NCBI RefSeq assembly: GCF_006345805.1 | Contig: NC_042999.1 | Coordinates: forward strand, 169,074,001-169,138,000 | Length of the DNA stretch: 64,000 bases | Direction of reading: 5' to 3' | From: Octopus sinensis | Lineage: Eukaryota | Shown: positions 50,141 to 64,000 of the stretch, piece after piece | How positions within the stretch are numbered: the stretch's first letter is position 1 | How the letters are laid out: each line of letters begins with the position of its first letter | Notes under the pieces: generated by a model | Database searches by the model: none | What the model saw: only the letters and a program-made list of their open reading frames with translations | What the model was told of the DNA's origin: nothing | Made by a program: the position numbers and the translations under genes

Positions 50141-52491
50141 AGCTGTCTATAGGTTGAATTGGTAAAATAAACTAATTGGACTTTTTCCTTACTTCTTTAC
50201 TGGTTCTCCAATGAATGAGAATTAAGGAAAATGTCCTTTACAATTACTGCCTTAATTTGATAGCATTTATTTGAGTTTAACCTTCTAACTAATGATATTA
50301 TTATAAAATATTTATCTTTAAACTTTGCTAGAAGATATTATTGTTAATAAATGTTGTTGCAATATAATTTATTTTTCTCTTAACCTGAAAATAGGATTTT
50401 TCAGATCTTTTTAGACTTGAAGACATAATACTGGGTGAATTTAATATAGTAATAAACAATTAAGAGAATGTAAATATTATCACATGAGATTTCTAATTTA
50501 TAACTTTTTGAATGTGAATGTAATTATTATAGTTAGTTTCATGTACACTTTACTTTCTTTCTTAGGCATGAACTTAAAAAGGAGAGGTATAACATTGATA
50601 AGTTCCTCCGTGATTAAGCTTAATATCGGATAGTAATCCCAATACACAGCATAGTTTAACATGACCATATGGTATTTGGATGCTGGCATTTAGGCCAGAT
50701 GAGTTTCTTCTCTGCTTGAAATTTTCTGGGGGTGTCTGCAGATGTTGTGGGTACTCATTTCTGCTAACAAAGTATTAAAAAAAATACAAAGTGAATTGAC
50801 CTAGAGTGTTTATAAAAAAAAGTCTCCCTGTGGATTACTTCTTACACTATATTAATTATTACCTGATATTATTATGGATAATTAATCTTTCAAGTCAATT
50901 ACATTCATATTTCACATACTCTAAATAACTAACAGTACAATTTTGTTGTTTCCAGTATCTTTATATACTCCGGGGTCCCCCACCGCTACTTATTAATTTT
51001 TCAGATTTTTTCCACCTCCTCACTTTTATTCTCCCACCCTGCTTATTAATTTTAAGACTTTTATTCCAAGCCCCCTCCCCCCATTTAAATTTTATTGTAA
51101 GCTATTCATATTGAAACAACAACAACAGGAGAATCTAATTATAATATTATTTTACATCAAAACATATGTATTAGACAAAAAAAGAACATTACAAGTAATA
51201 CCATTTGTTATAAAATAAGTAGGATATATAAGCTAAATAACTAATTCTGGTTTTTAAAAAAAAAAAAATGAAAGGTGACAGCCTAGAAAATTTTAAATAA
51301 TGATTTCTTATTTAGGCACAAGGCCAACAAATTGTGGGGAGGGACAAGTGGATTAAAGCTGCCCAGTACATTACTGGTGCTTTATTTTATTGACCCTGTA
51401 GGGATGAAAGGTAAAGCTAACCTCAGCGAGATTAAACGCAGAACATAATGGGCTATAACTCTATGCTGCAAGCCACGTTGCCCAATGCTTAGGCACAAAG
51501 CCAGCAATTTAAAGGGAAGGGGAAAGTCAATTAAACTGACTCCCGTTACTTGTACGAAACAAACAAACTCTAGGGAATTCATTATTTTTTTGACTGACAC
51601 AAATTGTGAATCAGCATGACTGGAATGGGAAGAAAACCTGGAATGTTCTATTTGTTTTCATAATGCATGCAAGAAAAATATTTATCCACAGTATATGTAG
51701 CCAACGTTCACGTGGGTGAGCCATCAACATTTTAGAGCATTGATAAGAAGATCAATCGTTTTGAGACACAACACCTGCATAGAAAACAAGGAAATTATTG
51801 CCAGAGAATATGCTTTACAACCAGCCAAAGTTTATAAAGACTTGAGGCTGGACAAATGCCCCAGTCTCTAACATACACACACATGAGTTTATTGCTACTC
51901 TACACCGTAGTCAACAAATCTTCATTTTCAAACTAAGAACTTCAATGACGAACTGCTTATCCTTACAGTACAAGCTTTTTACGGATTTAACAACATATAA
52001 GGATTTAACAACATCAACACAACTTGAGTAATTTCTCTGAGCTTTTTTTTTTTTTTTTTAACAACATCATGACAGAGAAAAGAGTATTTGGTGGTGTGAC
52101 ATATGGAAATTATTCTATAGAAGAAAAAAGCAAGCATCTACTATTGTGGTGAACAGAGGCAAAGAGTAGTAGGATTCCGAATTTGAGCGAATGAAAGGGA
52201 AACTCATTGGGATGCTAAAAGGAAATGCCATGTGTCAGACACCCTGAAACAGGGACATCTCGCCAAAGCAGTTTGTTTGTTTTACTTGAATTTGGCTGGT
52301 CTCAAAATCTCTGATCAACTATTTGATTCTGCTGTTAAAGTAACCAAATGCTGCTATAAAAAATAGCTGAAAGGCTAACTTGACCACTAAAAAAATCCAA
52401 AGAAACCTTTCAGAGTCACTGGAGGAGTTCGTAAAACAAAAGCACCAGGTGTGAGAGACGTCTTGTTTGAATGGTTTGTAGATGTTAGAGT

Positions 52492-52876
52492 GGAGGCGCA
52501 ATGGCCCAGTGGTTAGGGCAGTGGACTCACGGTCGGAGGATCGCGGTTTCGATTCCCAGACCGGGCGTTGTGTGTGTTTATTGAGCGAAAACACCTAAAG
52601 CTCCACGAGGCTCCGGCAGGGGGTGGTGGCAACCCCTGTTGTACTCTTTCGCCTCAACTTTCTCTCACTCCACTCTTACTTCCTGTTTCTGTTGTACCTG
52701 TATTTCAAGGGGCTGGCCTTGTCACTCTCTGTGTCACGCTGAATATCCCTGAGAACTACATTAAGGGTGCACGTGTCTGTGGAGTGCTCAGCCACTTACA
52801 CGTTAATTTCACGAGCAGGCTGTTCCGTTGATTCGGATCAACCGGAACCCTCATCGTCGTAACCGACGGAGTGCTT
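52492..52876 (+). mobile_element. SINE family S3, full length
   Basis: tRNA head ggaggcgcaatggcccagtggttagg...ggtttcgattccc; TSD-like ag(a/g)tgttaga. Confidence 0.9.
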
Positions 52877-53197
52877 CCAGGTGTTAGAACATCGCTGCAT
52901 GTGAGATTATCACAAGCTCTTTTCCTATTACAGGCTGAGAAATTTTATAAGGAGTGGATTTACCAATACCCAGACACACGAACTGAGGAAAAGCTTTGGT
53001 TTTCAAAACGCTGGACGAAAGGTTGGCAAAAGGAGTATGGGGTATCACTGAAATTTCCAAACAAATGCATTTCAATCTCCAAAGAGCAATGTGTTGAGCA
53101 CATTCAGGATTGTTTGAAAAACATATGGAATGTGCATCGTTATTTCCTTGATAAATTTGGTGTAGATCCTCCTAATTATCAATGAAGATCAAATACC

Positions 53198-53404
53198 TAT
53201 TTCTTTATTACCCACAAGGGGCTAAACACAGAGGGGACAAACAAGGACAGACATAGGTATTAAGTCGATTACATCGACCCCAGTGCGTAACTGGTACTTA
53301 ATTTATCGACCTCGGCGGAATTTGAACTCACAACGTTGCGACAGATGAAATGCCGCTAAGCATTTCGCCCGGCGCGCTAACGTTTCTGCCAGCTCGCCGC
53401 CTTA
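53198..53404 (-). mobile_element. Meta-core SINE (internal deletion)
   Basis: 13-bp TSD aagatcaaatacc at 53185-53197 and 53405-53417. Confidence 0.9.
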
Positions 53405-54699
53405 AAGATCAAATACCCTTGCACTGGAATGAAAGTAGTAGACAAGCTACCTTATAATTCAGAAATAAAGATAAACGTTCGTCAAAGACAACCACCATTT
53501 GTCTAGGGAATGTATCACAGTGTTCACCTAGGTTAGCAGTGATACCAAAATCAATCTATCCCAGAGTTTCTGTTTAAAGGAACTGGAAAAAGACCACCAC
53601 TATTGAATACCCTGCCTACAATGAAATATCAGTGGTCTCCTAAAGGTTCTTATAAATTAGAACAGCTGCTGTGTACTATTGAAAACCTTCCAAACCAATT
53701 CAGCATGTTTTCACCTGCAAACTTTGCCCTTTATAAGCTTGATAATGCACCATGGTGCATTTGATGCTGGAGGTAAGAGCCCTGTGCTAGTCATCATCAG
53801 TCGTGGTATCACTGGATTTGTTCAAGCTAATCACACACACTTACATAAACAACTGAAAGCAAAATATCATGAAATAGAGAAAGCAAAGATGCTAGAAAAG
53901 TTGGTATACAATTACTGATTTTCCAACTTCTCCATTTATTCCAACCTGCCCGCTTATATGGATTGAAACAGTCAAGAAATAATTTATTTGATTGACTACT
54001 TCAGTACCGTACCTTATGCGAAAGTGACAGATTTTTTTCCACATGATTTACTAAAAGAATTCTTTTATAAAACCATATAAATAAATGCTCTACAGCATTT
54101 TGCTTTTCTCATAAATTCATGTTTTCCCTCCCATGGAAGTCATATATGGCAGCTTGCTTGCTTGTGATGACGGCAGCATGGCTACCACCTCCATTGGGCA
54201 GCTCATACTTCCTGTCCTGTTGTTTGGTTCATTCATTTGCTTTGCTTTTCATGAAATGAACTCTCAGCCATTACAATACTGTGTTGAATGAAAAGTGTTA
54301 TCCAGATCAGCTTAAATTTGTTTTCTTGCTTTCAACTTGCATTTCTATCTTGTTAAAGCTATGCTGTCGTTAATCTAGTGTTATTTGAATTAATTCTAGT
54401 ATATCTCTTTGTTATGAGGGCCCAGCCTGCCCCTCCTACATGCTTTGCATTTCCTGATATGTACATCTTATCTTTTTCAAGGTGATATTATGTTTCATCT
54501 AGTGAAGTTTATAAGGCACAGCTGGCACCCTTGACATAGTAAATATGACTTAAGTAAAGTCACCAGCTAATTAATTAATCAGTATTATTGATCTTTGTAT
54601 AAACAATGGTTGTATACCACACCCTCATCTGGGAGATGCAGCAAGTGTGAAGCAAATGAATGATGGAAAATTTAATGTGAGGACAAACTGACCTGATGT

Positions 54700-57130
54700 A
54701 CCTGTTGGCAAATGTCTATGCAAACTTTCTTTTTAGATGCTGAAAATTGTGCCTACCTGTTCCCTCTTGTCACTCATTCTGCATTCTTAAAGTTGGCACA
54801 GTCAGTGTAGCCACATTGAAATGTAGGTCTAGTGAAATTGATGAGATGCTCAATCAGAGGCATGTAGATGTGTGTTGCGTTCATGAAGAAAGGTGGAGGG
54901 GAGTTCCTGCCAGCTTCCTCACAAGCAAAGAACATAGATATAAAAATATTCTGGGTATGCAATAGTAATGAAGTAAATGGTGTGGGCATACTTTTAGCTG
55001 AAAAATGGAGATAAGGTGATCAAGGTAGTCAGAGTGTGATAGGATATTTATGCTTTGACTATTTTTGCATAGAACAACTGTTATTTCTGCCTTATGCTCC
55101 TTAACTGGAACTACCAGATGATCAAATTTATGATACTCTTTTACAAACTACCTTGATAACAAATGATAGTGACCCTATCTTCATGGTTGGTGACTTCAAT
55201 GGCATGGGCGGCTTCCATGTTATGCATGGAAGTTATGGAGTTGGTTCCTGAAATGAGGCAGGAACAAGGCTACTAGAATTCTGTGATGCAAATAACCTAA
55301 CAGTCTGTGATGCTAACTTCAGGAAACCAGTTAGTTAGCTGATCAGTTATCTATCTGGTGGCCACACAAGCTAGATTGAATATATTCTTGCCAGAAAGCA
55401 GGATAGATGCTCAACATAGGTTAGTGACTTCAGATTTTGGGTTAGATGGTCTCAAAGAGGCAAACTTGTCAGGAAAAAGGAGATTTAGAAGCTTAAAGAT
55501 CTTTTGGATAGTCAGAGACTTAGAGGTCTTCTAATGGAGGTATTTATTGAGAAAGAGGAGGAGATAATGAGATAAGACATAGAGGATAACTGGAAGTTCC
55601 CATGGGACAACTTATTGAGGCTAAAAAACCAAATTTGTGGCTGTTGCAAAGTTTCAACTAGACATAGGGTGACATTGTAATGGAACAGTTAAGTAAACAG
55701 GGCCATTAGAGTAAAGAAACAGGACCAGAAGAGTGGTGGTAGCAGAGCTCTATACCAGGTAGCTAGAAGGGAAGCTAGGTGACAGGTATATATAGCTAGA
55801 AGAGAAGCAGAATGGAAGAAGTTTGCCAATGTTCTGTGACATGAGGACCAGAGGCATTCTAGATTACTAAACAGCATGTAAGAGAAAATCGTGATGTTAT
55901 AGCAGAGAAGTGTGTTTGCTTGGAAGATGGTACACTTGCACTTAGTGATACTGCAAAGAAAGGCATGGAAGTGTCACTTTCAAAGGCTGCTAAATGTAGA
56001 GAATGCATGGGAGAAGGAGAGTTTTCCTTACATGTGTCCAATGGAAGGACCCAGCTGAATTGACAGTAGCATGATAGATAAAATGATTAAGGATATGAAG
56101 ATAGGGAAAGCTCCTGGCCCATCAGAATCACCACTGAGATGCTTAAAGTATCTGGTAGTGTGAGATATGGCCCTGTCACCCATACAGTTAATCATATTTC
56201 CCAGGAAGGGTTCATTCTCAACAACTAGTGTAGCAGCGTTATAGTCAACTGCTACAAAGGTAAATGTAACACCTTAGAAGTAATTACAAAGGTATCAAAT
56301 TACTGGGCCAGGTCATGAAAGTTACAGAAAGGTTGATAGCTCAACTAATTAAGAAAAAGTTAACCTAGAAAAGTTGCAGTTTCGTTTTGTGTCAAGAACA
56401 AGTACTACTGATGCTATCTTCCTAGTAAGGCAACAGCAGGAGAGGCATTTACTGAAAAATAATCTGCTGTACCCTTATTGCTGAATCTTTGATGGAATTA
56501 GAGAAGACATTTTAAGTGTGGAAGCAAGAACTGGAATCAAAGGACCTTAGAATTAATTTAGCAAAGACCAAAGTACTAGTAAGTAGAAAAGCATACAAAT
56601 GATTAATCGTTCAGGGAAATGGCCTTGCTTAGTATGTAGAAAAGGTGTTGGTAGAAAGTCCATACAGTGTACTTAGTGCAAGCTACAGATACATACGGGG
56701 TGCAGTAGAATCACAGGAAGATAACAGTGAAGGTAGTTTGTGTGTGTGGCAGATGTGCAGGTACAATAAATACAAAGAACATACATGAAATAGACTTCTT
56801 CAAATGTATAGTGGGGACTCTTAGAGGTAGTAGATAGTTTCTGTTACCTTGGTGACAAAATTATCAGTGGAGGAGGTTGCTCTAAAACTAGTTACTAGAG
56901 TACAAATTGGCTGGGCAAAGTCCAAAGAGCTATATTTGTTGGTAAGAAAGAGCCCCTTCCTCAGATTGTAAGGCAGATTGTATGAAGCCTGTGTATGTAC
57001 AGCTATACAACATGGCAGTGAAAGTGGTGAGAAATGATCTTCAGATGTTGAACCTCACAGAGGAGATGATAAAGGACCAAGACAATTGGCAAATTGCTGT
57101 GCTTGAGAGGACATACCCAGCTAATTAAAA
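54700..57130 (+). mobile_element. Degenerate RTE LINE (APE + partial RT + PHD-like C-terminal region); family 3' tail at ~57640-57835
   Basis: LKVGTVSVATLK...VDVCCVHEERWRG, NGVGILLAEKW, VGDFN, MKIGKAPGPS, STTDAIFLVRQ, WKQELESK.LRINLAKTKVL. Confidence 0.85.
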
Positions 57131-58764
57131 CCTGCTCATAAAGGCAAGTCCTTTATGTTCATACTCCCTCTCTTGTGCACAATCACTTCCGTCTCCTTCT
57201 GCACATAATCTGTCTTCCCCATCTCCCCACAACCTTTCTTTCCAACATGCCTCCCCCCACCTATGCCCACCATTCACTGTATTCTCCTTACCCTCCTTCA
57301 CATACCTACCTGCACACAATATGTCCCTATTGAGTCTCTCCCCTCAGCATACCTTCTCTTTTTTCCCCTCCTTCTACTTGTACCCATTCATTACACTCCA
57401 CTCCACCTACCACTCTCCCATTGCAATCTCTTAACTCATCTTATTCAATTCCTGACCCACTCCCATCTGTCACCACCATCTTCTCTCTTTCACTCCCCTT
57501 TCCACTCTCTCCCCATTTGAAGTAGCCATGTTTTCCCTATAATGCAAGACTCCTTTTTCTATACCTCATTTCTACCCCCTTACTCTCATTTGAGGGGTTT
57601 TGCTTTGCAAGGTATTTGGTGAGCTCACTGCTACTGCTGCTACCATGTAAAAAGCACCCAGTGCATTCTGTAACATGATTGGTGTTAAGGAGGGTATCCT
57701 GCTGTAGATGCCATGCCAAGGTAGACAGCAGGGATTGGTGCTGTTATCTGTCTTGCCAGTTCCTGTGGGACCATCTAATCCATTCCAGCATGGAGAGCAA
57801 ATTTCAAAAAATGATGATGACTATGATCATGATGATTGATGTTTCTTCATTCTTTAGAATTTGAAACTAACTAATATATCCATTAAAGCCTGATGTCTGT
57901 ATATCCATCTGGAAGTGTGTATTCTTTGATTAATTGTAAGTATATTGTATATATGGATAAAAATTCCAAATTTCTGATTGGAAACAGATTTACACATTTG
58001 CTTGTTAAGAGTTCCATAAAATGCCATTTGAAGTCTGATATTATTTTAATTCAAATGAACATTACAATAGTTTTAAACTTAGTCAATTATACTCAAGCAT
58101 ATATTTTGATACATAGTAGGCCTTACAGATCCAGCATATCAGAACATTATCCTCATTTTATGTCTCCTTTCCATGCTGGTATCGACTGAACAGGTTGAAA
58201 GCCACTACTCTCATAAACTGGTACTTGTATTCTTTTCTTGTCACTGACTCCTTTAGAGTGTATGGACTAGATTTTCTTGTGGCACTTACACTAGGGAGAT
58301 TGAATAGTTTTGATTGAGTCAGGGCTGTAGGGGTTTCACAGCCCTACATTTTTTCTGCTCAGTTACCAACTACTGTTCAGCATGTAAAGGGTACATTATT
58401 CATGGCATCAGCATTGTAGAAGTTGTCATGCCCACAAGTCTCTCTAGAGGTGGTACGATTTGGCAGCTTTCTATCATAGCACCAGTACAGGCAAGAAGGA
58501 TAGGTGCCTTGTACGCAGGAAATATACAGAGTACTCAAAAACCTAAGAAACTGTGTATTTCCCTTGTCTTCTTTAAACTCTCTGTGACCATAGAGAGCGA
58601 GAGATCAAGTGCCTACGGCCATTAATAACCGTGCTCCTTGACTGGACAAAGGAGATCACACTGACTTGAACAACTGAAGCGATGGTTCGATTCCAAATAA
58701 TGGAACAAGCTAATGTTTTTTGTTCGGCTATATGATTTTTCCGGTTTCCGTTGGTAACAATATG

Positions 58765-59327
58765 TGTATTATATATATATTATATATATATATATAGATA
58801 TATATATATATTATATATATATATATAGATTATAGGGATTATATAGTATATATATATAGATTGTATATATATATAGATATATATATGATAGATGCTAGAT
58901 AATAGATATATATATATATTGTATATATATATATATAGATATATTATAGAGATATATGTAGATATATAAGATATATATATATTGTATATATATATAGATA
59001 GATATGGGTTATATGATATTATATATATTATGGTATATATATATATATATATATTGTATGATATATATAATATATATATTGTAGATATATATATATATAT
59101 ATATATTGTATATATATATATATAGATATTATAGATATAATATATATGTAGGGTGATATATATATATATATATTGTATTATATATATATAGATATATATA
59201 TTGTATATATATAGTATTATATATATATTGTATATATATATATATATATATATAATGTATATATATAATATATATATATATTGTATATATATGTATATAT
59301 ATATATTATATATATATATATATTGTA

Positions 59328-59370
<43 letters not shown>

Positions 59371-59408
59371 GTATATATATATATATTATATATATTGATA
59401 TATATATA

Positions 59409-59465
<57 letters not shown>

Positions 59466-59814
59466 TATATGGTATATATATATATATATATATATATTGT
59501 ATCTAATATATATATTATATATATGTATATATATATATATATATATTGTAATATATATTATATATATATTTGTATTTATATATATATATATATATTGTAT
59601 ATATATATATATAAATATATTATTGTATAGATATATATATATATATAAGGGTATATATATATATATATGATATATATGATAGTATATATAATATATATAT
59701 ATGTATATATATAATATATATATAATATGGATATATATATATATATATATATATTGTGTATATATATATATATAATATATATTGTATATATATATATATA
59801 TTATATATATATTG

Positions 59815-59865
<51 letters not shown>

Positions 59866-60202
59866 TGATATAGATATATAATATATATATATTGTATATA
59901 TATATATATATATATTATTATATTTGTATATATATATAGATATATATATATATATTGTGTTATATATATATTATATATATATATTGTGTATATATATATA
60001 TATATATATATTGTGTATAGTATATATATATATATATATTGTGTATATATATAATATATATATATATTGTGTATATATATATATATATATATATTGTGTA
60101 TATATAGATATATATATATATTGTGTATATATATATATATATCTATATATATTGTGTATATATATATATATATATATATTGTGTATAATATATATATATA
60201 TA

Positions 60203-60235
<33 letters not shown>

Positions 60236-60327
60236 TGTGTGGATATATAATAATATATATATATATTGTGTGTATATAGAATATATTATATATGATGTGG
60301 GTATAATATATATATATATATATATAT

Positions 60328-60358
<31 letters not shown>

Positions 60359-60364
60359 TAGTGT

Positions 60365-60405
<41 letters not shown>

Positions 60406-60828
60406 GATATATGTTATATTATATAGAATATATATATATATATTGTATATATATATATATATATAATATATTATATGATTGATATATATATAATATAGAT
60501 ATATATATATGTATTATATATATATATAGATATATATATATTGTATATATATATAATATATATATAATATTATATATATATATATAGATATATGTATATA
60601 GATATTATATATATTATATATATGATATATATATGGTTATTATATATATATATTATTATATATATATATATATTGTATATATATATATATTTATATATAT
60701 ATATATATATTGTATATAATATATATATATATATATATATAATGTATATAATATATATATATATATATATATATTGTATATATATATATATTATATATAT
60801 ATATATATGTGTGTATATATATATACAC
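58765..60828. repeat. ~2-kb degenerate (TA)n array
   Basis: Directly visible; irregular interruptions. Confidence 0.97.
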
Positions 60829-62860
60829 TAGGGCACAGACATATAACGAAATTAATAAAGAAGCTAGCCTCATCGCCGCTAAACTTAAATTAGATAAAAA
60901 AATAGAAGCCCTCCCCCCAAAAGAGGCCTTTATTACTATTAAAGATCACAAAGAAAACTTCCTTTCCAACCCTAAATGTAGGCTTATCAATCCAGCCAAG
61001 TCAGAACTAGGGATTATTAGCAAAGAAATTTTAGATAAAATAAATACGAAATTAAGACCGATACTAGGCTAGTGCAATGGTCCAATAGTATAGAAGTAGA
61101 CTGGTTAAAGCTATTAAGAATAAGAAAAAGCGAGGTTTACACAATTCGAATTGTTGATTTTTATGCCTCTATCTCTAAGAACTGCTAGATAAAGCCCTAA
61201 TCTTCGCTAGTGACTTCATAGATATTAGTAAGTGACTTCATAGATATTAGTACCAATGATAAGGACATAAATCTTCCATGCTGAAAGACATTACTTTTCA
61301 GTGAAATGCAAAGTGGGTAAAAAACACCGACACGGAGGGCGCTTTCGATGTGAGCATGGGTTCATATGATGGGGCAGGCATCTGTGATCTAATTGGACTC
61401 TTTCTCCTAGATACCTTCGGTAAGACATTCCCTAACGTACATTTCGCCATCTACAAGATGATGCCCTCGCCTTAACAGCTAATACAAATGGACCAGCACA
61501 AATCGTTTTAGGAAGGATATTATCCAGTTAATGAAACAATTCGGACTTAGTATAACTATAGACACTAACCTGACGGTTGTCAATTTCTTAGACGTTTCCT
61601 TAGATCTTAATAAAAATTTTATAAGCCTTATAGAAGCCCATGAAGACTAAGTTATATGAATGTAGGTTCATGCCATCCCCCTATAGTATTCAAAAATTTA
61701 GTTAAAATATTAGTAAGAGGATTTCTAGCCTCTCATCTAATGAGGACATCTTCAATAGCGTTGCCCAGTTTATAATAAAGCTTTAAAAGATAGTGGTTTT
61801 TAGCAAAAAATAAAAATATACCCTATCACTAGCCCACGTAAGGAAAAGGAATATAGAAATAGGAGGTCATCTGGTTTACGCCCCCTTACCACCCGAGTGG
61901 CCTTCATATAGGTAAATATTTCCTAGCACTGATAGATAGACATTTTCCAGTTAACCCTGCTTATAGGAAACTCTTCAATAGGCACATTTAAAAATTAGTT
62001 TTAGTTCAACTACCAATTTTAAAAACATAATCAATCATAACATACAAAAAACACAAGAGAAAACAGCTGTTCATGCAGGATAAAGAATTGTGCCCGCTAA
62101 TGGAGCTTGCATGTCCAAGCCATCATATATGAAGCTACCGTAACTCTATAACCACTAAAGACAAACCGTTTCGACGAAGAAATACGTGGCCTCAGAGGGT
62201 AATTTCAAGGCCAGTTCATAACCACACTTTGAGCTTTAGGCACTGGAACAAAAGAAAGCGACACAAATTATCCAATCATATTTGGTCTTTAAGAGATAAA
62301 GGTGTCGATTATACACATCCATGGAAGATTTTGGCCAGATGTAGCCCTATACTAACGCAGCGAAGGTGCGGTTTATGCGACATGGAGAGATGGCTTATCT
62401 GGAAAGCAGCTTAGACCCCCTACTACATGTCTAAATACAAGGACAGAGCGTTTCGGATCATGCCCACATGTGACTAAATTTCTGTTTTACGTTTTTGGTC
62501 CCCTCAAGAACGGATAGAACATGCTTTTCTGTGTAATGTCCAAGAAGATTTATATATTTTTATATATTTTTGTATTTTTATATAATTTTTAATGACGAAA
62601 AATGCGAGCGTGTATAAGTACGCAGGCAAAGCAGAGTTATAACAGAGTAATTTCCCTTCATTTTTACGGTATTTGTTTCATACGTTTTCAATAGCCAGAT
62701 AACCAAAGAGATGGGTTGTGGATTTCCACTTCGGCATCTGAAACTCAGAGGTTTTATCTTGACTACCGAGTAAATGTAACATATTGTATAGATAAATTTC
62801 CTCTATTTACATAACATTGAGGTCTCTTTCTTTCTTTTGTGTATCTTACCGTATAATCTT
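60829..62860 (+). mobile_element. Penelope-like element (RT + C-terminal GIY-YIG, frameshifted) with 3' terminal repeat, embedded in (TA)n
   Basis: AFITIKDHKENFLSNPKCRLINPAKSELG, FDVSMGSYDGA, VNFLDVSLDL, IIYEATV, LSNHIWSLRD, CGLCDMERW, CLNTRTE..SCPH. Short, TA-flanked architecture is suggestive of the Hydra clade. Confidence 0.9.
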
Positions 62861-62955
62861 ATATATATATATTGTATATATGTATGTCCCGGGTTGATTC
62901 GGGGTTAACCACGTAAATAAGGTACTCAATACATAGCAGAGTAAAATTAATTTTT

Positions 62956-63049
62956 ATAGAAGGAGCTTCTACAGGACTAGAACTGTTTCATTCAGAGAAA
63001 TCTTCTTCTCTTGAATGAAACAGTTTAGTCCTGTAGAAGCTCCTCTATA
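62956..63049. repeat. ~45-bp-arm inverted repeat; likely inverted PLE terminal fragment
   Basis: aggagcttctacaggactagaactgtttcattcagagaa / ttctcttgaatgaaacagtttagtcctgtagaagctcct. Confidence 0.85.
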
Positions 63050-63109
63050 TAATAAATATTGTATATATATATATTGCGTGTATATATATATTGTTATATA
63101 ATATATTGC

Positions 63110-63146
<37 letters not shown>

Positions 63147-63456
63147 ATATATATATATTGCGTGTATATATATATATATTGTATATATATAATATTGCGT
63201 TTATATATATATATATATATTGTATATATATATATTGCGTGTATATATATTATATATATATATATATATTGTATATATATATATTGCGTGTATATATATA
63301 TATTTTGTGTGTGTGTGTGTTATATATATGTATATATATTTTTGTGTGTGTGTGTATATATATATATATTGCGTGTATATTTATATATATATATATATAT
63401 ACCCACACACATATGTATTATATATATATATTGTGTATATATATATATATATATAT

Positions 63457-64000
63457 CCCACAAGCTGATTGGAAATCGATCCAACAAGAGATCCTCAGAG
63501 AGGACTGGCCGGAATGTCTCTCCCCACCAGACATTGAATTGAAACTAGAATGTTTCATGTCTTCTGTGTCAAGCCACATGCCAGAAATATGTCCCAGAGC
63601 AAGACCAAAACAAATAGGAGCAAGATTCCAAGACAGAAGATCCTCATGAGACGATGGACGAAGGTTGCAAATCGTCTCAACCAACATCCCAAAAGTAGCG
63701 AACGTCCCGCCTAAAACAACACTGATGGAGATCGAAAAAAGGCTGCAACCCACACCAGACATGAACTAGAACATTCTGTGCAAGCCACATGCGAAATATG
63801 TCCAGAGCACAAGACCAAAACAAATAGGAGCAAGATTCCAAGAGACAGGAAGATCCTCATGAGACGATGGACGAAGGTTGCAAATCGTCTCAACCAACAT
63901 CCAAAAGTAGCGAAACGTCCCGCCTAAAAACAACACTGATGGAGATCGAAAAAAGGCTGCAACAATCCTATGTGAAGGAGAAAGTAGACAAAGAAGCCTG
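63457..64000 (+). mobile_element. CR1/L2-group LINE ORF2 linker fragment with ~210-bp tandem duplication
   Basis: ADWKSIQQEILREDWPECLSPPDIELKL is homologous to ANWKQIEKEILKQNWPECLSSPDIDMKL (5679..6197); 63570-63748 is repeated at 63781-63963. Confidence 0.85.

Larger units (their letters stand above)
50955..53990 (+). mobile_element. Degenerate pogo/Tigger-like DNA transposon interrupted by two SINEs
   Basis: CENP-B-HTH/DDE_1-like fragments (FSKRWTKGWQKEYGVSLK, N.DQIPL, RECITVF, FLFKGTGKR, QWSPKGSY) over ~52070-53900; boundaries uncertain. Confidence 0.65.

Noticed and set aside
50560-50770. Possible - strand exon after ttagcag
   Set aside because: No recognisable protein and no convincing donor site.
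52492-52565. tRNA-like sequence (also the S1 and Meta-SINE heads)
   Set aside because: Continues into a SINE body with TSDs and multiple copies; not a stand-alone tRNA gene.
58765-63650. YIYI-type ORFs and apparent higher-order pattern in the TA arrays
   Set aside because: Microsatellite translations; the irregular interruptions look like decay or long-read error.
63570-63963. ~210-bp tandem duplication in a LINE fragment
   Set aside because: The copies differ mainly by single-base indels, consistent with an assembly or read artefact or a trivial duplication.

Overview
AT-rich, repeat-dense eukaryotic DNA. The SINE/LINE/Penelope repertoire and very long (TA)n/(TG)n arrays suggest a coleoid cephalopod such as Octopus (inference). 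The only recognisable host coding sequence is one 118-bp exon (20269-20386, +) of a LAP-family LRR gene (scribble/LRRC1-like), so most of the window is probably two very large introns. The rest is decayed or nested mobile DNA: CR1/L2-group LINEs with CCCH-finger ORF1s (one also with a Myb/SANT trihelix-like domain), a Tx1/L1-clade LINE, RTE LINEs, Penelope-like elements (PLEs), two mariners, a pogo-like transposon, non-autonomous Helitron-like elements, TTAA MITEs and at least four SINE-like families. The most notable observations are: (1) several minimal type-I hammerhead ribozymes in PLE-like ends, two of them forming the arms of a ~450-bp palindrome; (2) a LINE and a tRNA-SINE family sharing a 3' tail whose hairpin differs in sequence but keeps its pairing, plus a LINE-SINE chimera; (3) repeated breakage or replacement of elements at TA microsatellites. 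All calls are by eye, and repeat boundaries are approximate unless TIRs or TSDs are quoted.
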